DNA of 64,000 nucleotides from Balanoglossus misakiensis (taxonomy: Eukaryota; Animalia; Hemichordata): positions 758,814-822,813 of the forward strand of contig CM082585.2 in NCBI GenBank assembly GCA_040954595.2. Direction: 5' to 3'. The translations under genes were made by a program, and so were the position numbers. Of this stretch, positions 23,001 to 38,000 are shown piece by piece. Under the pieces are notes generated by a model. The model was not told the DNA's origin. It saw nothing but the letters and a program-made list of their open reading frames with translations, and did not search any database. Each line of letters begins with the position of its first letter. Within the stretch, counting starts at the first letter, position 1.

Positions 23001-26000
23001 TGTCATTTTTTGATGATTTTCACCTATGATTTTTTTCAAAAATCGACAAAATTTTGAGATTTTGCAAAGTCGAAAATTTGTCATTTTTTGATGATTTTCA
23101 CCCATGATTTTTTTCAAAAATCGACAAAATTTTGAGATTTTGCAAAGACGAAAATTTGTCATTTTCTGATGATTTTCACCATGATTTTTTTTCAAAAATC
23201 GACGAACCCATAATTTTTTTCAAAATCGACGAAATTTTGAGATTTTGCAAAGTCAAAAATTTGTCATTTTTTGATGATTTTCACCCATGATTTTTTTCAA
23301 AAATCGACGAAATTTTAAGATTTTGCAAAGTCGAAAATTTGTCATTTTTTGATGATTTTCACCTGTTTTTTTTTAAAATCGACGAACCCATGATTTTTTT
23401 CAAAATCGACGAAATTTTGAGATTTTGCATAATCGAAAATGTGTCATTTTTTGATGATTTTCACCCATGATTTTTTTTCAAAAATCGACGAAATTTTGAG
23501 ATATTGCATAATCGAAAATGTGTCATTTTTTGATGATTTTCACCCATGATTTTTTTTCAAAAATCGACGAAATTTTGAGATTTTGCAAAGTCGAAAATTT
23601 GTCATTTTTTGATGATTTTCACCCATGTTTTTTTTTAATCGACGAACCTATGATTTTTTTCAAAATCGACGAAATTTTGTGATTTTACAAAGTCGAAAAT
23701 TTTGTCATTTTTTGATGATTTTCAACCATGATTTTTTTTCAAAAATCGACGAAAATTTGAGATTTTGCAAAGACGAAAATTTGTCATTTTTGATGATTTT
23801 TACCCATGATTTTTTTTCAAAAATGGACGAAATTTTGAGATTTTGCAAAGTCGAAAATTTGTCATTTTTTGATGATTTTCACCCGTTTTTTTTCAAAATT
23901 TGTCATTTTTTGATGATTTTCACCCATGATTTTTTTTTCAGAAATCGACGAAATTTTGAGATTTTGCAAAGTCGAAAATTTGTCATTTTTTGATGATTTT
24001 TATCCATGATTTTTTTCAAAAATCGACGAAATTTTGAGATTTTGCAAAGTCGAAAATTTGTCATTTTTTGATGATTTTCAACCATTATTTTTTTCAAAAT
24101 TGACGAAATTTTGAGATTTTGCAAAGTCGAAAATTTGTCATTTTTTGATGATTTTCACCTATGATTTTTTTCAAAAATCGACAAAATTTTGAGATTTTGC
24201 AAAGTCGAAAATTTGTCATTTTTTGATGATTTTCACCCATGATTTTTTCAAAAATCGACGAGATTTTGAGATTTTGCAAAGTCGAAAATTTGTCATTTTT
24301 TGATGATTTTATCCCATGATTTTTTTCAAAATTGACGAAATTTTGAGATTTTGCAAAGTCGAAAATTTGTCATTTTTGATGATTTTCACCTATGATTTTT
24401 TTCAAAAATCGACAAAATTTTGAGATTTTGCAAAGTCGAAAATTTGTCATTTTTTGATGATTTTCACCCGTTTTTTTCTAAATTTGTCATTTTTTGATGA
24501 TTTTCACCCATGATTTTTTTCAAAATTGACGAAATTTTGAGATTTTGCAAAGTCGAAAATTTGTCATTTTTTGATGATTTTCACCTATGATTTTTTTCAA
24601 AAATCGACAAAATTTTGAGATTTTGCAAAGTCGAAAATTTGTCATTTTTTGATGATTTTCACCCATGATTTTTTTCAAAAATCGACGAAATTTTGAGATT
24701 TTGCAAAGTCGAAAATTTGTCATTTTTTAATGATTTTCACCCATGATTTTTTCAAAAATCGACGAGATTTTGAGATTTTGCAAAGTCGAAAATTTGTCAT
24801 TTTTTGATGATTTTCACCCATGATTTTTTTCAAAATCGACGAAATTTTGAGATTTTGCAAAGTCGAAAATTTGTCATTTTTTGATGATTTTCAACCATTA
24901 TTTTTTTTCAAAAATCGACGAAATTTTGAGATTTTGCAAAGTCGAAAATTTGTCATTTTTTGATCATTTTCACCCATGATTTTTTTTTCAGAAATCGACG
25001 AAATTTTGAGATTTTGCAAAGTCGAAAATTTGTCATTTTTTGATGATTTTTATCCATGATTTTTTTCAAAAATCGACGAAATTTTGAGATTTTGCAAAGT
25101 CGAAAATTTGTCATTTTTTGATGATTTTCAACCATTATTTTTTTCAAAATTGACGAAATTTTGAGATTTTGCAAAGTCGAAAATTTGTCATTTTTTGATG
25201 ATTTTCACCTATGATTTTTTTCAAAAATCGACAAAATTTTGAGATTTTGCAAAGTCGAAAATTTGTCATTTTTTGATGATTTTCACCCATGATTTTTTCA
25301 AAAATCGACGAGATTTTGAGATTTTGCAAAGTCGAAAATTTGTCATTTTTTGATGATTTTATCCCATGATTTTTTTCAAAATTGACGAAATTTTGAGATT
25401 TTGCAAAGTCGAAAATTTGTCATTTTTGATGATTTTCACCTATGATTTTTTTCAAAAATCGACAAAATTTTGAGATTTTGCAAAGTCGAAAATTTGTCAT
25501 TTTTTGATGATTTTCACCCGTTTTTTTCTAAATTTGTCATTTTTTGATGATTTTCACCCATGATTTTTTTCAAAATTGACGAAATTTTGAGATTTTGCAA
25601 AGTCGAAAATTTGTCATTTTTTGATGATTTTCACCTATGATTTTTTTCAAAAATCGACAAAATTTTGAGATTTTGCAAAGTCGAAAATTTGTCATTTTTT
25701 GATGATTTTCACCCATGATTTTTTTCAAAAATCGACGAAATTTTGAGATTTTGCAAAGTCGAAAATTTGTCATTTTTTAATGATTTTCACCCATGATTTT
25801 TTCAAAAATCGACGAGATTTTGAGATTTTGCAAAGTCGAAAATTTGTCATTTTTTGATGATTTTCACCCATGATTTTTTTCAAAATCGACGAAATTTTGA
25901 GATTTTGCAAAGTCGAAAATTTGTCATTTTTTGATGATTTTCAACCATTATTTTTTTTCAAAAATCGACGAAATTTTGAGATTTTGCAAAGTCGAAAATT

Positions 26001-29000
26001 TGTCATTTTTTGATCATTTTCACCCATGATTTTTTTCAAAATTGACGAAATTTTGAGATTTTGCAAAGTCGAAAATTTCTCATTTTTGATGATTTTCACC
26101 TATGATTTTTTTCAAAAATCGACAAAATTTTGAGATTTTGCAAAGTCGAAAATTTGTCATTTTTTAATGATTTTCACCAATGTTTTTTTTTTAAAAAATC
26201 GACGAACCCATGATTTTTTTAAAAAATCGACGAAATTTTGAGATTTTGCATAATCGAAAATGTGTCATTTTTTGATGATTTTCACCCATTATTTTTTTTC
26301 AAAAATCGACGAAATTTTGAGATTTTGCAAAGTTGACGAAATTTTGAGATTTTGCAAAGTCGAATATTTGTCATTTTTGATGATTTTCAACCATGATTTT
26401 TTTCAAAAATCGACGAAATTTTGAGATTTTGCAAAGTCGAAAATTTGTCATTTTTTGATGATTTTCACCCATGATTTTTTTTCAAAAATCGACGAAATTT
26501 TGAGATTTTGCAAAGTCGACGAAATTTTGAGATTTTGCAAAGTCGAAAATTTGTCATTTTTTGATGATTTTCACCCATGCTTTTTTTTCAAAAATCGACG
26601 AAATTTTGAGATTTTGCAAAGTCGAAAATTTGTCATTTTTTGATGATTTTCACCCATGATTTTTTATTAAAAATCGACGAACCCATGATTTTTTTCAAAA
26701 TCGACGAAATTTTGAGATTTTGCAAAGTCGAAAATTTGTCATTTTTGATGATTTTCACCTATGATTTTTTTCAAAAATCGACAAAATTTTGAGATTTTGC
26801 AAAGTCGAAAATTGGTCATTTTTTGATGATTTTCACCCATGATTTTTTTCAAAAATCGACGAAATTTTGAGATTTTGCAAAGTCGAAAATTTGTCATTTT
26901 TTAATGATTTTCACCAATGTTTTTTTTTAAAAAAATCGACGAACCCATGATTTTTTTAAAAAATCGACGAAATTTTGAGATTTTGCATAATCGAAAATGT
27001 GTCATTTTTTGATGATTTTCACCCATTATTTTTTTTCAAAAATCGACGAAATTTTGAGATTTTGCAAAGTTGACGAAATTTTGAGATTTTGCAAAGTCGA
27101 ATATTTGTCATTTTTGATGATTTTCAACCATGATTTTTTTCAAAAATCGACGAAATTTTGAGATTTTGCAAAGTCGAAAATTTGTCATTTTTTGATGATT
27201 TTCACCCATGATTTTTTTTCAAAAATCGACGAAATTTTGAGATTTTGCAAAGTCGACGAAATTTTGAGATTTTGCAAAGTCGAAAATTTGTCATTTTTTG
27301 ATGATTTTCACCCATGCTTTTTTTTCAAAAATCGACGAAATTTTGAGATTTTGCAAAGTCGAAAATTTGTCATTTTTTGATGATTTTCACCCATGATTTT
27401 TTATTAAAAATCGACGAACCCATGATTTTTTTCAAAATCGACGAAATTTTGAGATTTTGCATAATCGAAAATGTGTCATTTTTTGATGATTTTCACCCAT
27501 TATTTTTTTTCAAAAATCGACGAAATTTTGAGATTTTGCAAAGTCGAAAATTTGTCATTTTTTGATGATTTTCACCAATGTTGTTTTTAAAAAATCGACG
27601 AACCCATGATTTTTTTCAAAATCGACGAAATTTTGAGATTTTGCAAAGTCGAAAATTTGTCATTTTTTGATGATTTTCACCTATGATTTTTTTCAAAAAT
27701 CGACAAAATTTTGAGATTTTGCAAAGTCGAAAATTTGTCATTTTTTGATGATTTTCACCCATGATTTTTTTCAAAAATCGACGAAATTTTGAGATTTTGC
27801 AAAGTCGAAAATTTGTCATTTTTTAATGATTTTCACCCATGATTTTTTCAAAAATCGACGAGATTTTGAGATTTTGCAAAGTCGAAAATTTGTCATTTTT
27901 TGATGATTTTCACCCATGATTTTTTTCAAAATCGACGAAATTTTGAGATTTTGCAAAGTCGAAAATTTGTCATTTTTTGATGATTTTCAACCATTATTTT
28001 TTTTCAAAAATCGACGAAATTTTGAGATTTTGCAAAGTCGAAAATTTGTCATTTTTTGATGATTTTCACCCATGATTTTTTTCAAAATTGACGAAATTTT
28101 GAGATTTTGCAAAGTTGAAAATTTGTCATTTTTGATGATTTTCACCTATGATTTTTTTCAAAAATCGACAAAATTTTGAGATTTTGCAAAGTCGAAAATT
28201 GGTCATTTTTTGATGATTTTCACCCATGATTTTTTTCAAAAATCGACGAAATTTTGAGATTTTGCAAAGTCGAAAATTTGTCATTTTTTAATGATTTTCA
28301 CCAATGTTTTTTTTTAAAAAAATCGACGAACCCATGATTTTTTTAAAAAATCGACGAAATTTTGAGATTTTGCATAATCGAAAATGTGTCATTTTTTGAT
28401 GATTTTCACCCATTATTTTTTTTCAAAAATCGACGAAATTTTGAGATTTTGCAAAGTTGACGAAATTTTGAGATTTTGCAAAGTCGAATATTTGTCATTT
28501 TTGATGATTTTCAACCATGATTTTTTTCAAAAATCGACGAAATTTTGAGATTTTGCAAAGTCGAAAATTTGTCATTTTTTGATGATTTTCACCCATGATT
28601 TTTTTTCAAAAATCGACGAAATTTTGAGATTTTGCAAAGTCGACGAAATTTTGAGATTTTGCAAAGTCGAAAATTTGTCATTTTTTGATGATTTTCACCC
28701 ATGCTTTTTTTTCAAAAATCGACGAAATTTTGAGATTTTGCAAAGTCGAAAATTTGTCATTTTTTGATGATTTTCACCCATGATTTTTTATTAAAAATCG
28801 ACGAACCCATGATTTTTTTCAAAATCGACGAAATTTTGAGATTTTGCATAATCGAAAATGTGTCATTTTTTGATGATTTTCACCCATTATTTTTTTTCAA
28901 AAATCGACGAAATTTTGAGATTTTGCAAAGTCGAAAATTTGTCATTTTTTGATGATTTTCACCAATGTTGTTTTTAAAAAATCGACGAACCCATGATTTT

Positions 29001-32000
29001 TTTCAAAATCGACGAAATTTTGAGATTTTGCAAAGTCGAAAATTTGTCATTTTTTGATGATTTTCACCTATGATTTTTTTCAAAAATCGACAAAATTTTG
29101 AGATTTTGCAAAGTCGAAAATTTGTCATTTTTTGATGATTTTCACCCATGATTTTTTTCAAAAATCGACGAAATTTTGAGATTTTGCAAAGTCGAAAATT
29201 TGTCATTTTTTAATGATTTTCACCCATGATTTTTTCAAAAATCGACGAGATTTTGAGATTTTGCAAAGTCGAAAATTTGTCATTTTTTGATGATTTTCAC
29301 CCATGATTTTTTTCAAAATCGACGAAATTTTGAGATTTTGCAAAGTCGAAAATTTGTCATTTTTTGATGATTTTCAACCATTATTTTTTTTCAAAAATCG
29401 ACGAAATTTTGAGATTTTGCAAAGTCGAAAATTTGTCATTTTTTGATGATTTTCACCCATGATTTTTTTCAAAATTGACGAAATTTTGAGATTTTGCAAA
29501 GTTGAAAATTTGTCATTTTTGATGATTTTCACCTATGATTTTTTTCAAAAATCGACAAAATTTTGAGATTTTGCAAAGTCGAAAATTGGTCATTTTTTGA
29601 TGATTTTCACCCATGATTTTTTTCAAAAATCGACGAAATTTTGAGATTTTGCAAAGTCGAAAATTTGTCATTTTTTAATGATTTTCACCAATGTTTTTTT
29701 TTTTAAAAATCGACGAACCCATGATTTTTTTAAAAAATCGACGAAATTTTGAGATTTTGCATAATCGAAAATGTGTCATTTTTTGATGATTTTCACCCAT
29801 TATTTTTTTTCAGAAATCGACGAAATTTTGAGATTTTGCAAAGTAGAAAATTTGTCATTTTTTGATGATTTTCACCAATGTTGTTTTTAAAAAATCGACA
29901 AACCCATGATTTTTTTCAAAATCGACGAAATTTTGAGATTTTGCAAAGTCGAAAATTTGTCATTTTTTGATGATTTTCAACCATTATTTTTTTTCAAAAA
30001 TCGACGAAATTTTGAGATTTTGCAAAGTCGAAAATTTGTCATTTTTTGATGATTTTCACCCATGATTTTTTTCAAAATTGACGAAATTTTGAGATTTTGC
30101 AAAGTCGAAAATTTGTCATTTTTGATGATTTTCACCTATGATTTTTTTCAAAAATCGACAAAATTTTGAGATTTTGCAAAGTCGAAAATTTGTCATTTTT
30201 TGATGATTTTCACCCATGATTTTTTTCAAAAATCGACGAAATTTTGAGATTTTGCAAAGTCGAAAATTTGTCATTTTTTAATGATTTTCACCAATGTTTT
30301 TTTTTTAAAAATCGACGAACCCATGATTTTTTTAAAAAATCGACGAAATTTTGAGATTTTGCATAATCGAAAATGTGGCATTTTTTGATGATTTTCACCC
30401 ATTATTTTTTTTCAAAAATCGACGAAATTTTGAGATTTTGCAAAGTTGACGAAATTTTGAGATTTTGCAAAGTCGAATATTTGTCATTTTTTGATGATTT
30501 TCAACCATGATTTTTTTCAAAAATCGACGAAATTTTGAGATTTTGCAAAGTCGAAAATTTGTCATTTTTTGATGATTTTCACCCATGATTTTTTTTCAAA
30601 AATCGACGAAATTTTGAGATTTTGCAAAGTCGACGAAATTTTGAGATTTTGCAAAGTCGAAAATTTGTCATTTTTTGATGATGTTCACCCATGCTTTTTT
30701 TTCAAAAATCGACGAAATTTTGAGATTTTGCAAAGTCGAAAATTTGTCATTTTTTGATGATTTTCACCCGTTTTTTTTCAAAATTTGTCATTTTTTGATG
30801 ATTTTCACCCAAGATTTTTTTCAAAAATCGACGAAATTGTGAGATTTTGCAAAGTCGATAATTTGTCATTTTTTGATGATTTTCCCCCAATGGTTTTTTT
30901 CAAAAATCGACGAAATGTTGAGATTTTGCAGTCAAAAAATTGTCATTTTTTGATGATTTTCACCTATGATTTTTTTCAAAAATCGACGAAATGTTGAGAT
31001 TTTGCAAAGTCGAAAATTTGTCATTTTTTGATGATTTTCACCCATGATTTTTTTCAAAAATCGACGAAATTTTGAGATTTTGCAAAGTCGAAAATTTGTC
31101 ATTTTTTGATGATTTTCACCCGTTTTTTTTCAAAATTTGTCATTTTTTGATGATTTTCACCCAAGATTTTTTTCAAAAATCGACGAAATTGTGAGATTTT
31201 GCAAAGTCGAAAATTTGTCATTTTTTGATGATTTTCACCCATGATTTTTTTCAAAAATCTGCGAAATTTTGAGATTTTGCAAAGTCGAAAATTTGTCATT
31301 TTTTGATGATTTTTACCCATGATTTTTTTTTTCCAAAATCGACCAAATTTTGGGATTTTGCAAAGACGAAAATTTGTCATTTTTTGATGATTTTCACCCA
31401 TGATTTTTCTCAAAAATCGACGAAATTTTGAGATTTTGCAAAGTCGAAAATTTGTCATTTTTTGATGATTTTCACCCATGATTTTTTTCACAAATCGACG
31501 AAATTTGAGATTTTGCAAATTCGAAAATTTGTAATTTTTTGATGATATTCACCCGTTTTTTTTCAAAAATCGACGAAATTTTGAGATTTTGCAAAGTCGA
31601 AAATTTGTCATTTTTTGATGATTTTCACCCATGATTTTTTTCAAAAATCGACGAAATTTAGAGATTTTGCAAAGTCGAAAATTTGTCATTTTTTGATGAT
31701 TTTCACCCATGATTTTTTTCAAAAATCGACGAAATTTTGAGATTTTGCAAAGTCGAAAATTTGTCATTTTTTGATGATTTTTACCCATGATTTTTTTTTT
31801 CAAAAATCGACCAAATTTTGGGATTTTGCAAAGACGAAAATTTGTCATTTTTTGATGATTTTCACCCATGATTTTTCTCAAAAATCGACGAAATTTTGAG
31901 ATTTGTGCAAAGTCGAAAATTTGTCATTTTTTGATGATTTTCACCCATGATTTTTTTCAAAAATCGACGAAATTTGAGATTTTGCAAATTCGAAAATTTG

Positions 32001-35000
32001 TAATTTTCTGATGATTTTCACCCTTTTTTTCAAAAATCAACGAACCCATGATTTTTTTTCAAAAATCGACAAAATTTTGAGATTTTGAAAAGCCGAAAAT
32101 TTGTCATTTTTTGATGATTTTCACCCATGATTTTTTTCAAAAATCGACAAAATTTTGAGATTTTGCAAAGTCGAAAATTTGTAATTTTTTGATGATTTTC
32201 ACCCATGTTTTTTTTCAAAAATCAACGAACCCATGATTTTTTTCAAAAATCGACAAAATTTTGAAATTTTGCAAAGTCGAAAATTTGTCATTTTTCGATT
32301 ATTTTCACCCATGATTTTTTTTTCAAAAATCGACAAAATTTTGAGATTTTGCAAAGTCGAAAATTTGTCATTTTTTGATGATTTTTACCCATGATTTTTT
32401 TTTCAAAAATCGACCAACTTTTGGGATTTTGCAAAGACGAAAATTTATCATTTTTTGATGATTTTCACCCATGATTTTTCTCAAAAATCGACGAAATTTT
32501 GAGATTTTGCAAAGTCGAAAATTTGTCATTTTTTGATGATTTTCACCCATGATTTTTCTCAAAAATCGACGAAATTTTGAGATTTTGCAAAGTCGAAAAT
32601 TTGTCATTTTTTGATGATTTTCACCCATGATTTTTTTCAAAAATCGACGAAATTTGAGATTTTGCAAATTCGAAAATTTGTAATTTTTTGATGATTTTCA
32701 CCCTTTTTTTTTCAAAAATCAACGAACCCATGATTTTTTTTCAAAAATCGACAAAATTTTGAGATTTTGCAAAGCCGAAAATTTGTCATTTTTTGATGAT
32801 TTTCACCCATGATTTTTCTCAAAAATCGACGAAATTTTGAGATTTTGCAAAGTCGAAGATTTTTCCTTTTTTGATGATTTTCACCCATGATTTTTTTCAA
32901 AAATCGACGAAATTTAGAGATTTTGCAAAGTCGAAAATTTGTCATTTTTTGATGATTTTCACCCATGATTTTTTTCAAAAATCGACGAAATTTTGAGATT
33001 TTGCAAAGTCGAAAATTTGTCATTTTTTGATGATTTTTACCCATGATTTTTTTTTTCAAAAATCGACCAAATTTTGGGATTTTGCAAAGACGAAAATTTG
33101 TCATTTTTTGATGATTTTCACCCATGATTTTTCTCAAAAATCGACGAAATTTTGAGATTTGTGCAAAGTCGAAAATTTGTCATTTTTTGATGATTTTCAC
33201 CCATGATTTTTTTCAAAAATCGACGAAATTTGAGATTTTGCAAATTCGAAAATTTGTAATTTTCTGATGATTTTCACCCTTTTTTTTCAAAAATCAACGA
33301 ACCCATGATTTTTTTTTCAAAAATCGACAAAATTTTGAGATTTTGCAAAGCCGAAAATTTGTCATTTTTTGATGATTTTCACCCATGATTTTTTTCAAAA
33401 ATCGACGAAATTTTGAGATTTTGCAAAGTCGAAGATTTTTCCTTTTTTGATGATTTTCACCCATGATTTTTTTCAAAAATCGACGAAATTTAGAGATTTT
33501 GCAAAGTCGAAAATTTGTCATTTTTTGATGATTTTCACCCATGATTTTTTTCAAAAATCGACGAAATTTTGAGATTTTGCAAAGTCGAAAATTTGTCATT
33601 TTTTGATGATTTTTACCCATGATTTTTTTTTTCAAAAATCGACCAAATTTTGGGATTTTGCAAAGACGAAAATTTGTCATTTTTTGATGATTTTCACCCA
33701 TGATTTTTCTCAAAAATCGACGAAATTTTGAGATTTGTGCAAAGTCGAAAATTTGTCATTTTTTGATGATTTTCACCCATGATTTTTTTCAAAAATCGAC
33801 GAAATTTAGAGATTTTGCAAAGTCGAAAATTTGTCATTTTTTGATGATTTTCACCCATGATTTTTTTCAAAAATCGACGAAATTTTGAGATTTTGCAAAG
33901 TCGAAAATTTGTCATTTTTTGATGATTTTTACCCATGATTTTTTTTTTCAAAAATCGACCAAATTTTGGGATTTTGCAAAGACGAAAATTTGTCATTTTT
34001 TGATGATTTTCACCCATGATTTTTCTCAAAAATCGACGAAATTTTGAGATTTGTGCAAATTCGAAAATTTGTCATTTTTTGATGATTTTCACCCATGATT
34101 TTTTTCAAAAATCGACGAAATTTGAGATTTTGCAAATTCGAAAATTTGTAATTTTCTGATGATTTTCACCCTTTTTTTTCAAAAATCAACGAACCCATGA
34201 TTTTTTTTTCAAAAATCGACAAAATTTTGAGATTTTGCAAAGCCGAAAATTTGTCATTTTTTGATGATTTTCACCCATGATTTTTTTCAAAAATCGACAA
34301 AATTTTGAGATTTTGCAAAGTCGAAAATTTGTAATTTTTTGATGATTTTCACCCATGTTTTTTTTCAAAAATCAACGAACCCATGATTTTTTTCAAAAAT
34401 CGACAAAATTTTGAGATTTTGCAAAGTCGAAAATTTGTCATTTTTCGATTATTTTCACCCATGATTTTTTTTTTTTAAAATCGACAAAATTTTGAGATTT
34501 TGCAAAGTCGAAAATTTGTCATTTTTTGATGATTTTTACCCATGATTTTTTTTTCAAAAATCGACCAAATTTTGGGATTTTGCAAAGACGAAAATTTATC
34601 ATTTTTTGATGATTTTCACCCATGATTTTTCTCAAAAATCGACGAAATTTTGAGATTTTGCAAAGTCGAAAATTTGTCATTTTTTGATGATTTTCACCCA
34701 TGATTTTTTTCAAAAATCTGCGAAATTTTGAGATTTTGCAAAGTCGAAAATTTGTCGTTTATTAATGATTTTCACCCATGATTTTTTTTCAAAAATCGAC
34801 AAAATTTTGAGATTTTGCAAAGTCGAAAATTTGTAATTTTTTGATGATTTTCACCCATGTTTTTTTTCAAAAATCAACGAACCCATGATTTTTTTCAAAA
34901 ATCGACAACATTTTGAGATTTTGCAAAGTCGAAAATTTGTAATTTTTTGATGATTTTCACCCATGATTTTTCTCAAAAATCGACGAAATTTTGAGATTTT

Positions 35001-38000
35001 GCAAAGTCGAAAATTTTTCATTTTTTGATGATTTTCACCCATGATTTTTTTCAAAAATCGACAAAATTTTGAGATTTTGCAAAGTCGAAAATTTGTAATT
35101 TTTTGATGATTTTCACCCATGTTTTTTTTCAAAAATCAACGAACCCATGATTTTTTTCAAAAATCGACAAAATTTTGAGATTTTGCAAAGTCGAAAATTT
35201 GTCATTTTTCGATTATTTTCACCAATTATTTTTTTTTTTTTAAATCGACAAAATTTTGAGATTTTGCAAAGTCGAAAATTTGTCATTTTTTGATGATTTT
35301 TACCCATGATTTTTTTTTCAAAAATCGACCAAATTTTGAGATTTTGCAAAGTCGAAAATTTGTCATTTTTTGATGATTTTCACCCATGATTTTTCTCAAA
35401 AATCGACGAAATTTTGAGATTTTGCAAAGTCGAAAATTTGTCATTTTTTGATGATTTTCACCCATGATTTTTTTCAAAAATCGACGAAATTTGAGATTTT
35501 GCAAATTCGAAAATTTGTAATCTTTTGATGATTTTCACCCTTTTTTTTTCAAAAATCAACGAACCCATGATTTTTTTTCAAAAATCGACAAAATTTTGAG
35601 ATTTTGCAAAGCCGAAAATTTGTCATTTTTTGATGATTTTCACCCATGATTTTTCTCAAAAATCGACGAAATTTTGAGATTTTGCAAAGTCGAAGATTTT
35701 TCCTTTTTTGATGATTTTCACCCATGATTTTTTTCAAAAATCTACGAAATTTTGAGATTTTGCAAAGTCGAAAATTTGTCATTTTTTGATGATTTTCACC
35801 CATGATTTTTTTCAAAAATCTGCGAAATTTTGAGATTTTGCAAAGTCGAAAATTTGTCGTTTATTAATGATTTTCACCCATGATTTTTTTTCAAAAATCG
35901 ACAAAATTTTGAGATTTTGCAAAGTCGAAAATTTGTAATTTTTTGATGATTTTCACCCATGTTTTTTTTCAAAAATCAACGAACCCATGATTTTTTTCAA
36001 AAATCGACAACATTTTGAGATTTTGCAAAGTCGAAAATTTGTAATTTTTTGATGATTTTCACCCATGATTTTTCTCAAAAATCGACGAAATTTTGAGATT
36101 TTGCAAAGTCGAAAATTTTTCATTTTTTGATGATTTTCACCCATGATTTTTTTCAAAAATCTACGAAATTTTGAGATTTTGCAAAGTCGAAAATTTCTCA
36201 TTTTTTGATGATTTTCACCCATGATTTTTTTCTTTTCAAAAATCGACAAAATTTTGAGATTTTGCAAAGTCGAAAATTTGTAATTTTTTGATGATATTCA
36301 CCCATGTTTTTTTTCAAAAATCGACGAAATTTAGAGATTTTGCAAAGTCGAAAATTTGTCATTTTTTGATGATTTTCACCCATGATTTTTTTTTAAAAAT
36401 CGACGAAATTTTGAGATTTTGCAAAGTCGAAAATTTGTCATTTTTTGATGATTTTTACCCATGATTTTTTTTTCAAAAATCGACCAAATTTTGGGATTTT
36501 GCAAATACGAAAATTTGTCATTTTTTGATGATTTTCACCCATGATTTTTCTCAAAAATCGACGAAATTTTGAGATTTTGCAAAGTCGAAAATTTCTCATT
36601 TTTTGATGATTTTCACCCATGATTTTTTTTCAAAAATCGACGAAATTTTGAGATTTTGCAAAGTCGAAAATTTGTCATTTTTTGATGATTTTCACCCATG
36701 ATTTTTTTCTTTTCAAAAATCGACAAAATTTTGAGATTTTGCAAAGTCGAAAATTTGTCATTTTTTGATGATTTTCACCCATGATTTTTTTCAAAAATCG
36801 ACGAAATTTAGAGATTTTGCAAAGTCGAAAATTTGTCATTTTTTGATGATTTTCACCCATGATTTTTTTCAAAAATCGACGAAATTTTGAGATTTTGCAA
36901 AGTCGAAAATTTGTCATTTTTTGATGATTTTCACCCATGATTTTTTTTCAAAAATCGACAAAATTTTGAGATTTTGCAAAGTCGAAAATTTGTAATTTTT
37001 TGATGATTTTCACCCATGTTTTTTTTCAAAAATCAACGAACCCATGATTTTTTTCAAAAATCGACAACATTTTGAGATTTTGCAAAGTCGAAAATTTGTA
37101 ATTTTTTGATGATTTTCACCCATGATTTTTCTCAAAAATCGACGAAATTTTGAGATTTTGCAAAGTCGAAAATTTTTCATTTTTTGATGATTTTCACCCA
37201 TGATTTTTTTCAAAAATCTACGAAATTTTGAGATTTTGCAAAGTCGAAAATTTCTCATTTTTTGATGATTTTCACCCATGATTTTTTTCTTTTCAAAAAT
37301 CGACAAAATTTTGAGATTTTGCAAAGTCGAAAATTTGTAATTTTTTGATGATATTCACCCATGTTTTTTTTCAAAAATCGACGAAATTTAGAGATTTTGC
37401 AAAGTCGAAAATTTGTCATTTTTTGATGATTTTCACCCATGATTTTTTTTTAAAAATCGACGAAATTTTGAGATTTTGCAAAGTCGAAAATTTGTCATTT
37501 TTTGATGATTTTTACCCATGATTTTTTTTTCAAAAATCGACCAAATTTTGGGATTTTGCAAATACGAAAATTTGTCATTTTTTGATGATTTTCACCCATG
37601 ATTTTTCTCAAAAATCGACGAAATTTTGAGATTTTGCAAAGTCGAAAATTTCTCATTTTTTGATGATTTTCACCCATGATTTTTTTTCAAAAATCGACGA
37701 AATTTTGAGATTTTGCAAAGTCGAAAATTTGTCATTTTTTGATGATTTTCACCCATGATTTTTTTCTTTTCAAAAATCGACAAAATTTTGAGATTTTGCA
37801 AAGTCGAAAATTTGTCATTTTTTGATGATTTTCACCCATGATTTTTTTCAAAAATCGACGAAATTTAGAGATTTTGCAAAGTCGAAAATTTGTCATTTTT
37901 TGATGATTTTCACCCATGATTTTTTTCAAAAATCGACGAAATTTTGAGATTTTGCAAAGTCGAAAATTTGTCATTTTTTGATGATTTTCACCCATGATTT